Shown here: positions 56,577 through 64,000 of the stretch, piece by piece
How the letters are laid out: each line of letters starts with the position of its first letter
Position numbering within the stretch: the first letter of the stretch is position 1
Origin: Selenomonadaceae bacterium
GTDB lineage: Bacteria > Bacillota > Negativicutes > Selenomonadales > Selenomonadaceae
Assembly (NCBI GenBank): GCA_036733925.1
Contig: DAIMZO010000001.1
Coordinates: 31,605 to 95,604, forward strand
Reading direction: 5' to 3'
Length of the DNA stretch: 64,000 nucleotides
Notes under the pieces: model-generated
What the model was told of the DNA's origin: nothing
Database searches by the model: none
What the model saw: the letters and a program-made list of their open reading frames with translations, nothing else
Program-made: the position numbers and the translations under genes

Positions 56577-57898
56577 ATCAGCAGGAAATGCACGACAAGA
56601 TCCTAGAGATGGTCAAGGAGTATTGCGATACGTACCACCAGCCAAAGCCGTACCACGAGGGTGACCGCATCCCGTATGCGTCCCGCGTCTACGACCACGA
56701 GGAGATGTGCAACCTCGTCGACAGCGCGCTCGAGTTCTGGCTGACGGCCGGCCGCTATGTGGATGAGTTCGAGAAAGAGCTCGCGAAATACCTCGGCGTC
56801 CGCTTCGTGTCGGTCGTGAACTCGGGTTCGTCCGCGAACCTGCTCGCGTTCATGACGCTGACCTCGCCGAAGCTCGGCGACCGCCGGATCCGCCGCGGCG
56901 ACGAGGTCATCACAGTCGCGGCCGGCTTCCCGACGACCGTTTCACCAATCGTGAACTACGGCGCGGTGCCGGTATTCGTCGACGTCACGATCCCGCAGTA
57001 CAACATCGACGTGACGAAGCTCGAGGCGGCCTTCTCGGACAAAACGAAAGCCGTCATGATCGCCCATACGCTCGGCAACCCGTTTGACCTGCAGGCGGTC
57101 AAGGCGTTCTGCGACAAGCACGGCCTCTGGCTCATCGAGGATAACTGCGACGCGCTCGGCTCGCTCTACACGATCGACGGCGAGGAGAAGTTCACCGGCA
57201 GCGTCGGCGACATCGGCACGTCGAGCTTCTACCCGCCGCATCACATGACGATGGGGCAGGGCGGCGCCGTCTACACGGATAGTCCGCTCCTCAACCGCAT
57301 CGCGCGTTCCTTCCGCGACTGGGGCCGCGACTGCGTCTGCGCGCCCGGCGAGGACAACCACTGCGGCCACCGTTTCGACGGGCAGTACGGCGAGCTGCCG
57401 AAAGGCTACGACCATAAATACGTCTACTCCCATTTCGGCCTGAACCTCAACATCTCCGACATGCAGGCCGCCGTCGGCTGCGCCCAACTCAAGAAGTTCC
57501 CGGGCTTCGTCGAGCGCCGCCGCCATAACTTCAATTACCTCAAAGCGGGCCTCCGTGACCTCGAGGACAAGCTCATCCTGCCCAAGGCTGCCCCGAACAG
57601 CAAGCCGAGCTGGTTCGGTTTCCTCATGACCTGCCGCGAGGGCGTCGACCGGAGGGAAGTCGTGCCCTACATCGAGAGCAAAGGCGTCCAGACCCGCATG
57701 CTCTTCGCTGGCAACCTCATCAAGCACCCATGCTTCGACGAGATGCGTGAGACAGGTGAGGGCTACCGCATCGTCGGCTCCCTCGAGAACACCGACCGCA
57801 TCATGAACGACACCTTCTGGGTCGGCGTCTACCCCGGCATGACTGACGAGAAACTCGACTACATGATCAAAGTCATCCATGAAGCCGTGAAGGCGTAA
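56573..57898 (+). CDS. rfbH: CDP-6-deoxy-L-threo-D-glycero-4-hexulose-3-dehydrase (E1, RfbH/DdhC)
   Basis: ITVAAGFPTTV, SFYPPHHMTMGQGG and SFRDWGRDCVCAPGEDNHCGHRF (Fe-S Cys cluster) match RfbH along its length. ATGA-coupled to rfbG. Confidence 0.9.
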   Translation: MNQQEMHDKILEMVKEYCDTYHQPKPYHEGDRIPYASRVYDHEEMCNLVDSALEFWLTAGRYVDEFEKELAKYLGVRFVSVVNSGSSANLLAFMTLTSPKLGDRRIRRGDEVITVAAGFPTTVSPIVNYGAVPVFVDVTIPQYNIDVTKLEAAFSDKTKAVMIAHTLGNPFDLQAVKAFCDKHGLWLIEDNCDALGSLYTIDGEEKFTGSVGDIGTSSFYPPHHMTMGQGGAVYTDSPLLNRIARSFRDWGRDCVCAPGEDNHCGHRFDGQYGELPKGYDHKYVYSHFGLNLNISDMQAAVGCAQLKKFPGFVERRRHNFNYLKAGLRDLEDKLILPKAAPNSKPSWFGFLMTCREGVDRREVVPYIESKGVQTRMLFAGNLIKHPCFDEMRETGEGYRIVGSLENTDRIMNDTFWVGVYPGMTDEKLDYMIKVIHEAVKA

Positions 57899-57949
57899 AC
57901 GCCGGACTATCGGTTATCTGTACGTTTATACGTTTATAGGAAGAAGTGT

Positions 57950-59554
57950 ATGGCAATGGCAACGAGAGAATTATTAGATTGTACGCTGCGCGATGGTGGC
58001 TACGTCAACGATTGGGAATTCGGGCACGACAAGATTACGGAGATTTTCAAACGTCTGGTGAGTTCGGGGGTCGAATTCATTGAAATCGGATTCCTCGATG
58101 AACGCCGTGAATTTGATAGGAATCGCACGATTTTCCCGGATACGCAGTCTGCTAACAAGATTTTTGCCGGACTCGATAAGGGGAATGCGACCGTCCTCGC
58201 GATGATTGATTATGGCACTTGCGGCATCGAGCATCTGCAGCCGGCCAAGGATACCATCATCGACGGAATCCGCGTGATTTTCAAAGAACATCTGATGTAC
58301 GAAGCGCTGGACTTCTGCAAGCAGGTCAAGGCCCTCGGCTACAAGGTCTTTGCACAGATGGTTTCCGTTACAACCTATACGGACGAGAAACTGAAAGTTT
58401 ACGCGGAGGAATGCAATAAACTCATGCCATTCGCGACGTCCATGGTCGATACGTACGGTCTGCTCGATCAGGAGCATCTGATGCACATCTTCGGCATCCT
58501 GGATGCGAACCTCAATCCGGCCATCAAAGAGGGGTTCCATGCGCACAACAATTTCCAGCTCGGCTATGCTAATGCAAAAGCATTTCTCGCCTGTGACAGT
58601 AGCAGAGATCTGTTGGCGGATGGCACGCTGTATGGCATGGGGAAAAGCGCGGGCAATGCGCCGCTCGAACTGCTCCTCATGTACCGCAATGAGAAACAGG
58701 GTGCGCACTATGACGTCAGTCAGGCGCTCGAGGCTATCGACAATGTAATCCTCGATATCTATCGGAAGCAGTATTGGGGCTATAATATGTTCTTTTATAT
58801 TGCCGCCTCGACGCAGTGCCACCCGAACTATGTGCGCTATTTCATGAACAAGAAGACGCTGTCCGTCAAACAGATTCTGGACATCCTGCACAGCCTGAAA
58901 AAAGAGAAGCAGCTCCTTTACGATGCCAAGTACGCCGAGCAGATGTATCTGGAGTATCAGAGTGTCGAATGCGATGACAAAAAGACGCTGAACGAGCTCA
59001 AGAAACGGTTCAGCAATCAGGATATCCTGCTGATCGGCCCGGGTAGGAACATCCAGCGGCAGAAATCGAAGGTGCGTGACTATATCGTTGAGCACCGTCC
59101 CCTGACTGTTGCCGTGAACTATGCGCCGAAGGACATCAAAGTGGACTACATCTTCCTGACGAAATCCAAGCGCTATACCCAGCTCATGAACGACCTGCAG
59201 GGCAGCATCAACGAGGATGTGGACATCCTTGCGACGTCCAACGTGACGAAGACTGCCGGTACATTCCGCTACGTGCTGAAATACGAATCCCTGATCGATC
59301 CGGACACGGAAATCATCGATAACTCGCTGGTCATGCTCATCAAAGCGATGATGGAAATCGGCGTCAAAGCGGTCAATCTGGCGGGATTCGACGGATACTC
59401 CAAGAGCGAGGATAACTATTTCGACATCAGCCGGGAGTACAGCTTTGTCAAGGAGAAATCCGGCTACCTGAACCAGTACGTCAAGGACTTCCTGCAAAAA
59501 GTCTCCGACGAAATAGCTGTTCAGTTTATCACTCGTTCCTACTATAAAGACTGA
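57950..59554 (+). CDS. HMGL-like aldolase-domain protein fused to a C-terminal Maf/MptE(DUF115)-like region
   Basis: N-terminal LLDCTLRDGGYVNDWEFG is a pyruvate-carboxyltransferase/aldolase TIM-barrel signature. The C-terminal ~190 aa (ILLIGPG...NLAGFDGY) is a separate domain, and its assignment is tentative. Confidence 0.65.
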   Translation: MAMATRELLDCTLRDGGYVNDWEFGHDKITEIFKRLVSSGVEFIEIGFLDERREFDRNRTIFPDTQSANKIFAGLDKGNATVLAMIDYGTCGIEHLQPAKDTIIDGIRVIFKEHLMYEALDFCKQVKALGYKVFAQMVSVTTYTDEKLKVYAEECNKLMPFATSMVDTYGLLDQEHLMHIFGILDANLNPAIKEGFHAHNNFQLGYANAKAFLACDSSRDLLADGTLYGMGKSAGNAPLELLLMYRNEKQGAHYDVSQALEAIDNVILDIYRKQYWGYNMFFYIAASTQCHPNYVRYFMNKKTLSVKQILDILHSLKKEKQLLYDAKYAEQMYLEYQSVECDDKKTLNELKKRFSNQDILLIGPGRNIQRQKSKVRDYIVEHRPLTVAVNYAPKDIKVDYIFLTKSKRYTQLMNDLQGSINEDVDILATSNVTKTAGTFRYVLKYESLIDPDTEIIDNSLVMLIKAMMEIGVKAVNLAGFDGYSKSEDNYFDISREYSFVKEKSGYLNQYVKDFLQKVSDEIAVQFITRSYYKD

Positions 59555-59569
59555 TAGGGGAAATGTACG

Positions 59570-60310
59570 ATGTGTAAGTTCAAAGGTAAAGTGGCTCTGG
59601 TCACTGGTGGCTCCTCAGGAATAGGGGGGGCGACATCTGTCCTTCTGGCACGGAGTGGAGCTGACGTAATATTTGTTGGAAGAGATTCTGTCAAAGGAAA
59701 AGAGCAGGAAGAACGGATACGGTCCGAACATGGGAAGGCAAGATTCATTCCGGCGGACGTTTCGAAACGGTCGGATATCGAGCGATTGAAGGATATCATC
59801 GTTAACGAATATGGCCATTTAGATGTATTGTTCAATAACGCGGGAATCCTATTGACTGGTGCATTGGATGAGCTGACGGATGAAGAATGGGATAAGAGCT
59901 ATGAAGTGAACGTCAAGGCGACTCTGCATATGTGCCAGGCATTCATGGGGATGCTGCAGGCCTCGCATGGCGTTATCCTGAATAATGCCTCTATCAATGG
60001 ATTGCATACCTATATCAAGGGGAAACGCAGCTATATGTATGCAACTTCCAAGGCCGCGAATATTCAGCTGACAAGATATCTGGCAAAGAACTATGCGCCA
60101 GAAGTCCGCGTGAACGCCATTTGCCCGGGGATGACGAAGACGAATTTATTCACGAACCGCGATTTTTCCCGTTTCAAGGATGTCAATCTGCTAGGTCGTA
60201 TGGCGGATCCAATGGAAATTGCGAAAACGGCACGGTTCTTACTGTCCGATGATTCCTCGTTCATGACAGGATCGATTGTTGTCGTAGACGGGGGTGAAAC
60301 CATCCGCTGA
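59570..60310 (+). CDS. short-chain dehydrogenase/reductase (candidate YerF-like ketoreductase)
   Basis: TGGSSGIGGAT, NNAG and Y-x3-K (YATSKAA) SDR motifs. Confidence 0.85.
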   Translation: MCKFKGKVALVTGGSSGIGGATSVLLARSGADVIFVGRDSVKGKEQEERIRSEHGKARFIPADVSKRSDIERLKDIIVNEYGHLDVLFNNAGILLTGALDELTDEEWDKSYEVNVKATLHMCQAFMGMLQASHGVILNNASINGLHTYIKGKRSYMYATSKAANIQLTRYLAKNYAPEVRVNAICPGMTKTNLFTNRDFSRFKDVNLLGRMADPMEIAKTARFLLSDDSSFMTGSIVVVDGGETIR

Positions 60311-60388
60311 AAATGGTGCGGATGGTTTGGATATGGATGGAATCGTATATCGCCTTTTGTGATATGTGAGGATGAGGGAAGAATTTCT

Positions 60389-62194
60389 ATGAAACAGAAG
60401 GTATCGGATTATATAGCAGATTTTTTTGTTCATCATGGACTGAGTCAGGTTTTCTGCGTCGTCGGCGGTGGGGCTATGCATCTGAATGATTCGTTCGGGC
60501 ACCGAGACGATATGCATGTCCTGTATAATCACCATGAGCAGGCATCGGCTATGGCGGCAGAAGCTTATGCTAGGGTAGCCGGAAAACCTGCTGTCCTGTG
60601 CGTGACCAGCGGCCCCGGTGCAATCAATGCGTTGAATGGTGTCGTTGGTGCGTATCAGGATTCCATTCCGATGCTTGTGGTTTCCGGGCAGACGAAATCC
60701 ACCCTTACGGTCAAGCATAGCGGCCTGAACCTTCGGACTCTTGGCAATCAAGAATTTGATATCGTATCGACCTTGGATCATGTAGCGAAATATGCGGAAA
60801 CAATCATGGAGCCGAAAAAAATCCGTTACTGTTTAGAGAAAGCCTATATATCCGCCGTTTCCGGGCGGCCAGGACCGGCGTGGCTGGATATTCCATTGGA
60901 TATTCAGGGTTCTTATGTTGAGACGGATGAATTGGAAGGCTATGAACCGTCTGCGGCTGAAAATCATCATACCGATTTATCGCTGGTCATGCCTAGAATT
61001 TCGAGACTGCTGAAGAAAGCGAAACGGCCGGTGCTTTACGCTGGAAATGGCATTCGGATTGCAGGCGGCAGCGAGCTTTTCAAAAAACTTGTCGATAGGT
61101 ATCGTATTCCCGTTGTGACCTGTTGGGACAGCATCGACCTGATGCCTACGGACAGTCCCTACTACTGCGGCCGCGGTGGTACGATGGGAGACCGCGCCGG
61201 CAATTTTGCCGTCCAGAACAGTGATTTGCTGATCTGTATTGGAACAAGGCTGAACATCTATCAGGTCGGGTATAATGTCAAAACATGGGCAAGAGCGGCG
61301 ACAACGGTCGTAGTAGACATTGATCCGGAAGAGCTGAAAAAGCCGATCCTGCGCGCGGATATTCCAGTTTGTGCGGACGCCGTCGACTTCATGACTGCCT
61401 TTATCGAATCCGTAGATGAGGTGAAAGCTGACGAAGATTGGATCCGTCAATGCCAAGCATGGAAGAAGAACTATCCAGTCGTGCGGCCCGAACAGCTGGC
61501 CCAATCCGGCGCAGTGAATGTCTACGCGTTCATGGATGCCCTGAGCAAGCATCTTCCCGATGCGTCGATAACCGTGGTGACGAATGGATCTGCCAGCGTG
61601 GTCGGGAGCCAGTCTTATTATATCAAGAATCACGACCGTTTTATCATGAACTGCGGATTGTCCTCGATGGGGTATGGGCTCCCCGCTGCAATCGGTGCGT
61701 GTGTGGCAAGTCACCATCATCCTGTTGTTTGCCTAGAGGGCGATGGAAGCATCATGATGAATCTTCAGGAACTGCAGACGATGGTAACGAATCAGCTGTC
61801 AATCAAGCTTTTTGTTATCAATAATCATGGCTATCATCAAATCCGGCAGACGCAGAATAATATTTTCCACAATGGTTTGATTGGTGTAGGGCCGGAGAGT
61901 GGTGATTTAGGTTTTCCAGATTTCCAGAAACTTGCCGCAGCCTTTGGTATCCGTTATGTCGGAATCAAGAACAATCAGCGCATCCAAGATGGCCTGAATG
62001 AAGTTTGGCTGGATGAGGATGCCTGCCTATGCGAAGTCTTCGTGACGACCACGCAGAAGTTCGAACCGAAGTCGGCGACCAAGAAGTTGCCGGACGGAAC
62101 ATTGGTCAGTCCGCCACTGGAGGATATGGCCCCGTTCCTGCCAAGGGAAGAGTTGAAGAAGAATATGTATATTCCGCTGGTTCCAGAGGTATAA
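60389..62194 (+). CDS. thiamine-diphosphate-dependent acetolactate-synthase-like enzyme (candidate YerE-like C-branching enzyme)
   Basis: N-terminal Pyr domain (HEQASAMAAEAYARVAGKPAVLCVTSGPGAINAL) and C-terminal ThDP motif (GDGSIMMNLQELQT...NN). No small regulatory subunit gene is nearby. Confidence 0.85.
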   Translation: MKQKVSDYIADFFVHHGLSQVFCVVGGGAMHLNDSFGHRDDMHVLYNHHEQASAMAAEAYARVAGKPAVLCVTSGPGAINALNGVVGAYQDSIPMLVVSGQTKSTLTVKHSGLNLRTLGNQEFDIVSTLDHVAKYAETIMEPKKIRYCLEKAYISAVSGRPGPAWLDIPLDIQGSYVETDELEGYEPSAAENHHTDLSLVMPRISRLLKKAKRPVLYAGNGIRIAGGSELFKKLVDRYRIPVVTCWDSIDLMPTDSPYYCGRGGTMGDRAGNFAVQNSDLLICIGTRLNIYQVGYNVKTWARAATTVVVDIDPEELKKPILRADIPVCADAVDFMTAFIESVDEVKADEDWIRQCQAWKKNYPVVRPEQLAQSGAVNVYAFMDALSKHLPDASITVVTNGSASVVGSQSYYIKNHDRFIMNCGLSSMGYGLPAAIGACVASHHHPVVCLEGDGSIMMNLQELQTMVTNQLSIKLFVINNHGYHQIRQTQNNIFHNGLIGVGPESGDLGFPDFQKLAAAFGIRYVGIKNNQRIQDGLNEVWLDEDACLCEVFVTTTQKFEPKSATKKLPDGTLVSPPLEDMAPFLPREELKKNMYIPLVPEV

Positions 62195-62207
62195 GGAGAT
62201 AATGGAT

Positions 62208-63266
62208 ATGGAAATTCAATCGAGATTCAAAATCTATTCTGTGAACTTCGTAGATTCTTTGCGGGATATTGCAGATTTGGCAGATAAGCCAGAGACATTC
62301 TTTGTTTTTGATTGTCAGGTTTACACGAAATATCAATCGGAACTGCCAGATCTTCCAGAAGGAAAGCTGTTCCTGATGGATGCGGAAGAAACGAATAAGA
62401 ACATGGATACGGTCTTGGCGATATGCGAACAGATGACCAATATGCCGTCAAAACGGAACACGCATCTCATATCCGTTGGAGGCGGTATTGTCCAGGATAT
62501 TACCGGCTTTGTTGCATCGAGCTTGTACCGCGGAATACGATGGACGTTTTATCCATCTACCTTGCTCGCATCCTGCGATAGCTGCATCGGCGGGAAATCT
62601 TCCTTGAATTACAAAGGCTTCAAGAATCTTCTAGGATCGTTTTACCCTCCAGATGAAATCCGTATCTATCCACAGTTTTTCCATACTTTATCCGCACGGG
62701 ACTATTGCAGCGGGTTGGGCGAAGTCGTGAAATTCAACGTCATTGCGGGCGGTTCTGCGTTCGATAAGATGGAGAAAGACATCGATGCTATTCTGAGCCA
62801 TGATTATGACAAGCTGCAGCAATATATCCAGACATCCCTGCATTTCAAGAAAACGTTTATTGAAGAAGATGAGTTTGACCGTGGCGTACGTATCCTGCTG
62901 AATTTCGCACATACGTTCGGGCATGGATTTGAAGTCAGCAGCAATTATGTCATTCCGCATGGGACGGCGGTTGCTTTGGGGATGATTACGGCAAACAATA
63001 TTTCGGTGCAGCGCGGCTGGATGGATTCGGCATATGCGGAGCGGATCGAAAAAGTATGCCGGAGAATCCTCACCGAAATCGTATGGAAATCGGAATATTT
63101 CCATCTGGACGTCCTGCTGCGCGCCATTCACAAAGACAAGAAACAGACGAGCCATGCGATTACCGCGGTCTTGATCCAGAAAGATGGTACCCTTGGCCTG
63201 GTGCACGATGTTCAGGAATCCGAGATCGAGCAGGCGGTACATCATCTTATAGAATGTCTCGTGTAA
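62208..63266 (+). CDS. 3-dehydroquinate-synthase-like (sugar phosphate cyclase superfamily) enzyme
   Basis: GGGIVQDITGF, PSTLLASCDSCIGGKSSLNY, KNLLGSFYPP, HTFGHGFE and HGTAVALGM align with DHQS motifs. ATG 62208 lies 9 nt after AAGGAG. ATG 62202 is the alternative. Confidence 0.8.
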   Translation: MEIQSRFKIYSVNFVDSLRDIADLADKPETFFVFDCQVYTKYQSELPDLPEGKLFLMDAEETNKNMDTVLAICEQMTNMPSKRNTHLISVGGGIVQDITGFVASSLYRGIRWTFYPSTLLASCDSCIGGKSSLNYKGFKNLLGSFYPPDEIRIYPQFFHTLSARDYCSGLGEVVKFNVIAGGSAFDKMEKDIDAILSHDYDKLQQYIQTSLHFKKTFIEEDEFDRGVRILLNFAHTFGHGFEVSSNYVIPHGTAVALGMITANNISVQRGWMDSAYAERIEKVCRRILTEIVWKSEYFHLDVLLRAIHKDKKQTSHAITAVLIQKDGTLGLVHDVQESEIEQAVHHLIECLV

Positions 63267-63293
63267 ACGTACGTGTCGTGAGGTGTGATATCG

Positions 63294-64000
63294 ATGGCAG
63301 AGGAAGTAAGGGAATTAGAGAATGGGAATCGGGTCGTCGGGCAGGCATACGGGAACGCAAACCTGCAGTTTCAGGGGCATGATTCCAGTATCGTTTTTGG
63401 TGAGAATTGTTATTTTTCCAATGTCCGGCTTTTTATCGGCAGCAATGTCAAGGTTTCATTCGGCAGCAATGTGGTATGGAATCATGGCGATATTTTTTTG
63501 CCGGAGGGCGAATCATCTTTCGTGGTGGAGAATGGATGCAGTCTGGGAGGGGATATAGAAATCGCCCGATACGGTGCCGTTCATATCGGGGAGGGAACGA
63601 CAACGCCTTCTGGAAGAATCGGGATGCCGGGCAATGTCTTTTCGGTCAGCCCGTGGACGTCGCTCGATATCGGCAAAGGATGTGCAATCTCTTGGGGCGT
63701 AACATTCCTGACGAATGACGGGCACACGATTTTCGACGTGCGCACGGGGCAGAACCTCAATTCTACAGAGGAAATCAGCAGGAAGAGGAAAATCGTCGTT
63801 GGCGATCATGTGTGGATCGGCTGCATGTCGACAATTCTCTACGGGAGCGTCATCGGTGATGGGAGCATCATAGGGGCACACAGTCTGGTAAAAAGGCGCA
63901 TACCGAATAACTGTCTGGCGGCGGGCAATCCGACGCGGATCATACGCCGCGATGTAGCTTGGAGCCGCACGAATTGCAACATGGATATGGCACATTGTAT
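63294..64000 (+). CDS. hexapeptide-repeat (LbH) acetyltransferase, 3' end outside window
   Basis: My own translation from ATG 63294 (GAGGTG RBS) stays open to the window end. ...VVGDHVWIGCMSTILYGSVIGDGSIIGAHSLVKRRIPNNCLAAGNPTRIIR is a typical LbH O-acetyltransferase C-terminus. It is not in the supplied ORF track because no stop lies in the window. Confidence 0.8.
   Translation, partial: MAEEVRELENGNRVVGQAYGNANLQFQGHDSSIVFGENCYFSNVRLFIGSNVKVSFGSNVVWNHGDIFLPEGESSFVVENGCSLGGDIEIARYGAVHIGEGTTTPSGRIGMPGNVFSVSPWTSLDIGKGCAISWGVTFLTNDGHTIFDVRTGQNLNSTEEISRKRKIVVGDHVWIGCMSTILYGSVIGDGSIIGAHSLVKRRIPNNCLAAGNPTRIIRRDVAWSRTNCNMDMAHC

Noticed and set aside
57930-57961. ACGTTTAT x2 tandem repeat and ATGGCAATGGCA at the aldolase start, possibly related to the 50686-50728 microsatellite
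   Set aside because: There are only two units each. The ATGGCA pair simply encodes Met-Ala-Met-Ala, which is too short to distinguish from chance.
59624-59630. G7 homopolymer in the SDR gene as a phase-variation tract
   Set aside because: It encodes the conserved glycine-rich NAD(P)-binding loop (GGSSGIGGAT), so the run is explained by coding constraint. Seven G is also at the low end for slippage.
1-64000. Search for CRISPR arrays, tRNA/rRNA genes, transposases, integrases, prophage genes or known defence-system genes
   Set aside because: No spaced direct repeats, no tRNA-like cloverleaf candidates in the intergenic regions, and no DDE/tyrosine/serine recombinase, restriction or abortive-infection-like ORFs were recognised. 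Possible acquisition is inferred only from composition shifts (13.7-18.1 kb, beyond 57.9 kb) and from the gene remnant.

Overview
GC-rich chromosomal window, almost all genes on the + strand. Gene content and order suggest a flagellated anaerobic Firmicute, probably Negativicutes/Selenomonadaceae-like (inference only). No tRNA/rRNA, CRISPR array, transposase or integrase was seen. Layout: (1) 1-5.7 kb holds rdgB' and yfcE, then a fumarate-respiration block: two-subunit class I fumarase plus sdh/frdCAB. (2) 5.8-13.6 kb is an accessory-looking module: a frameshifted HTH regulator, an EamA exporter, an isochorismatase-family amidase and hydantoinase HyuA/HyuB. It fits an N-methylhydantoin (creatinine-branch) pathway and is followed in-frame by a gene remnant. 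(3) 13.7-18.1 kb is a more A/T-rich orphan Ula/Sga-type PTS (IIC-IIB-IIA, minus strand) with a divergent PRD/EII regulator. (4) 18.2-21.4 kb is a TPP riboswitch plus thiS-thiG-thiH-thiE. (5) 21.5-27.5 kb holds a PAS-GGDEF(degenerate)-EAL protein, queF, pdxK, a radical SAM protein, a ~590 bp gene-free stretch with a minus-strand promoter (candidate structured ncRNA), yqeB and comF. (6) 27.6-31 kb holds a small membrane protein, two HMA2-like proteins and a P1B-type ATPase whose CPC motif is replaced by SCG. (7) 31.1-42.3 kb is a Bacillus-type late flagellar region: yvyF-flgM-flgN-(flgN-like)-flgK-flgL-yviE-fliW-csrA-flaG-fliD-fliS-fliT-flagellin, with sigma-28-type promoters. (8) From 42.3 kb to the window end lies the most interesting part, a >21 kb co-directional flagellin-adjacent glycosylation island. 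It encodes giant, internally duplicated TPR/GT2/GT41-like/acetyltransferase proteins. These are followed by a CDP-3,6-dideoxyhexose pathway (rfbF-rfbG-rfbH) extended by YerE/YerF-like branched-chain sugar enzymes, an aldolase fusion, a dehydroquinate-synthase-like enzyme and an acetyltransferase. All functional calls come from reading the translated ORFs for motifs and from synteny. No database search was run.
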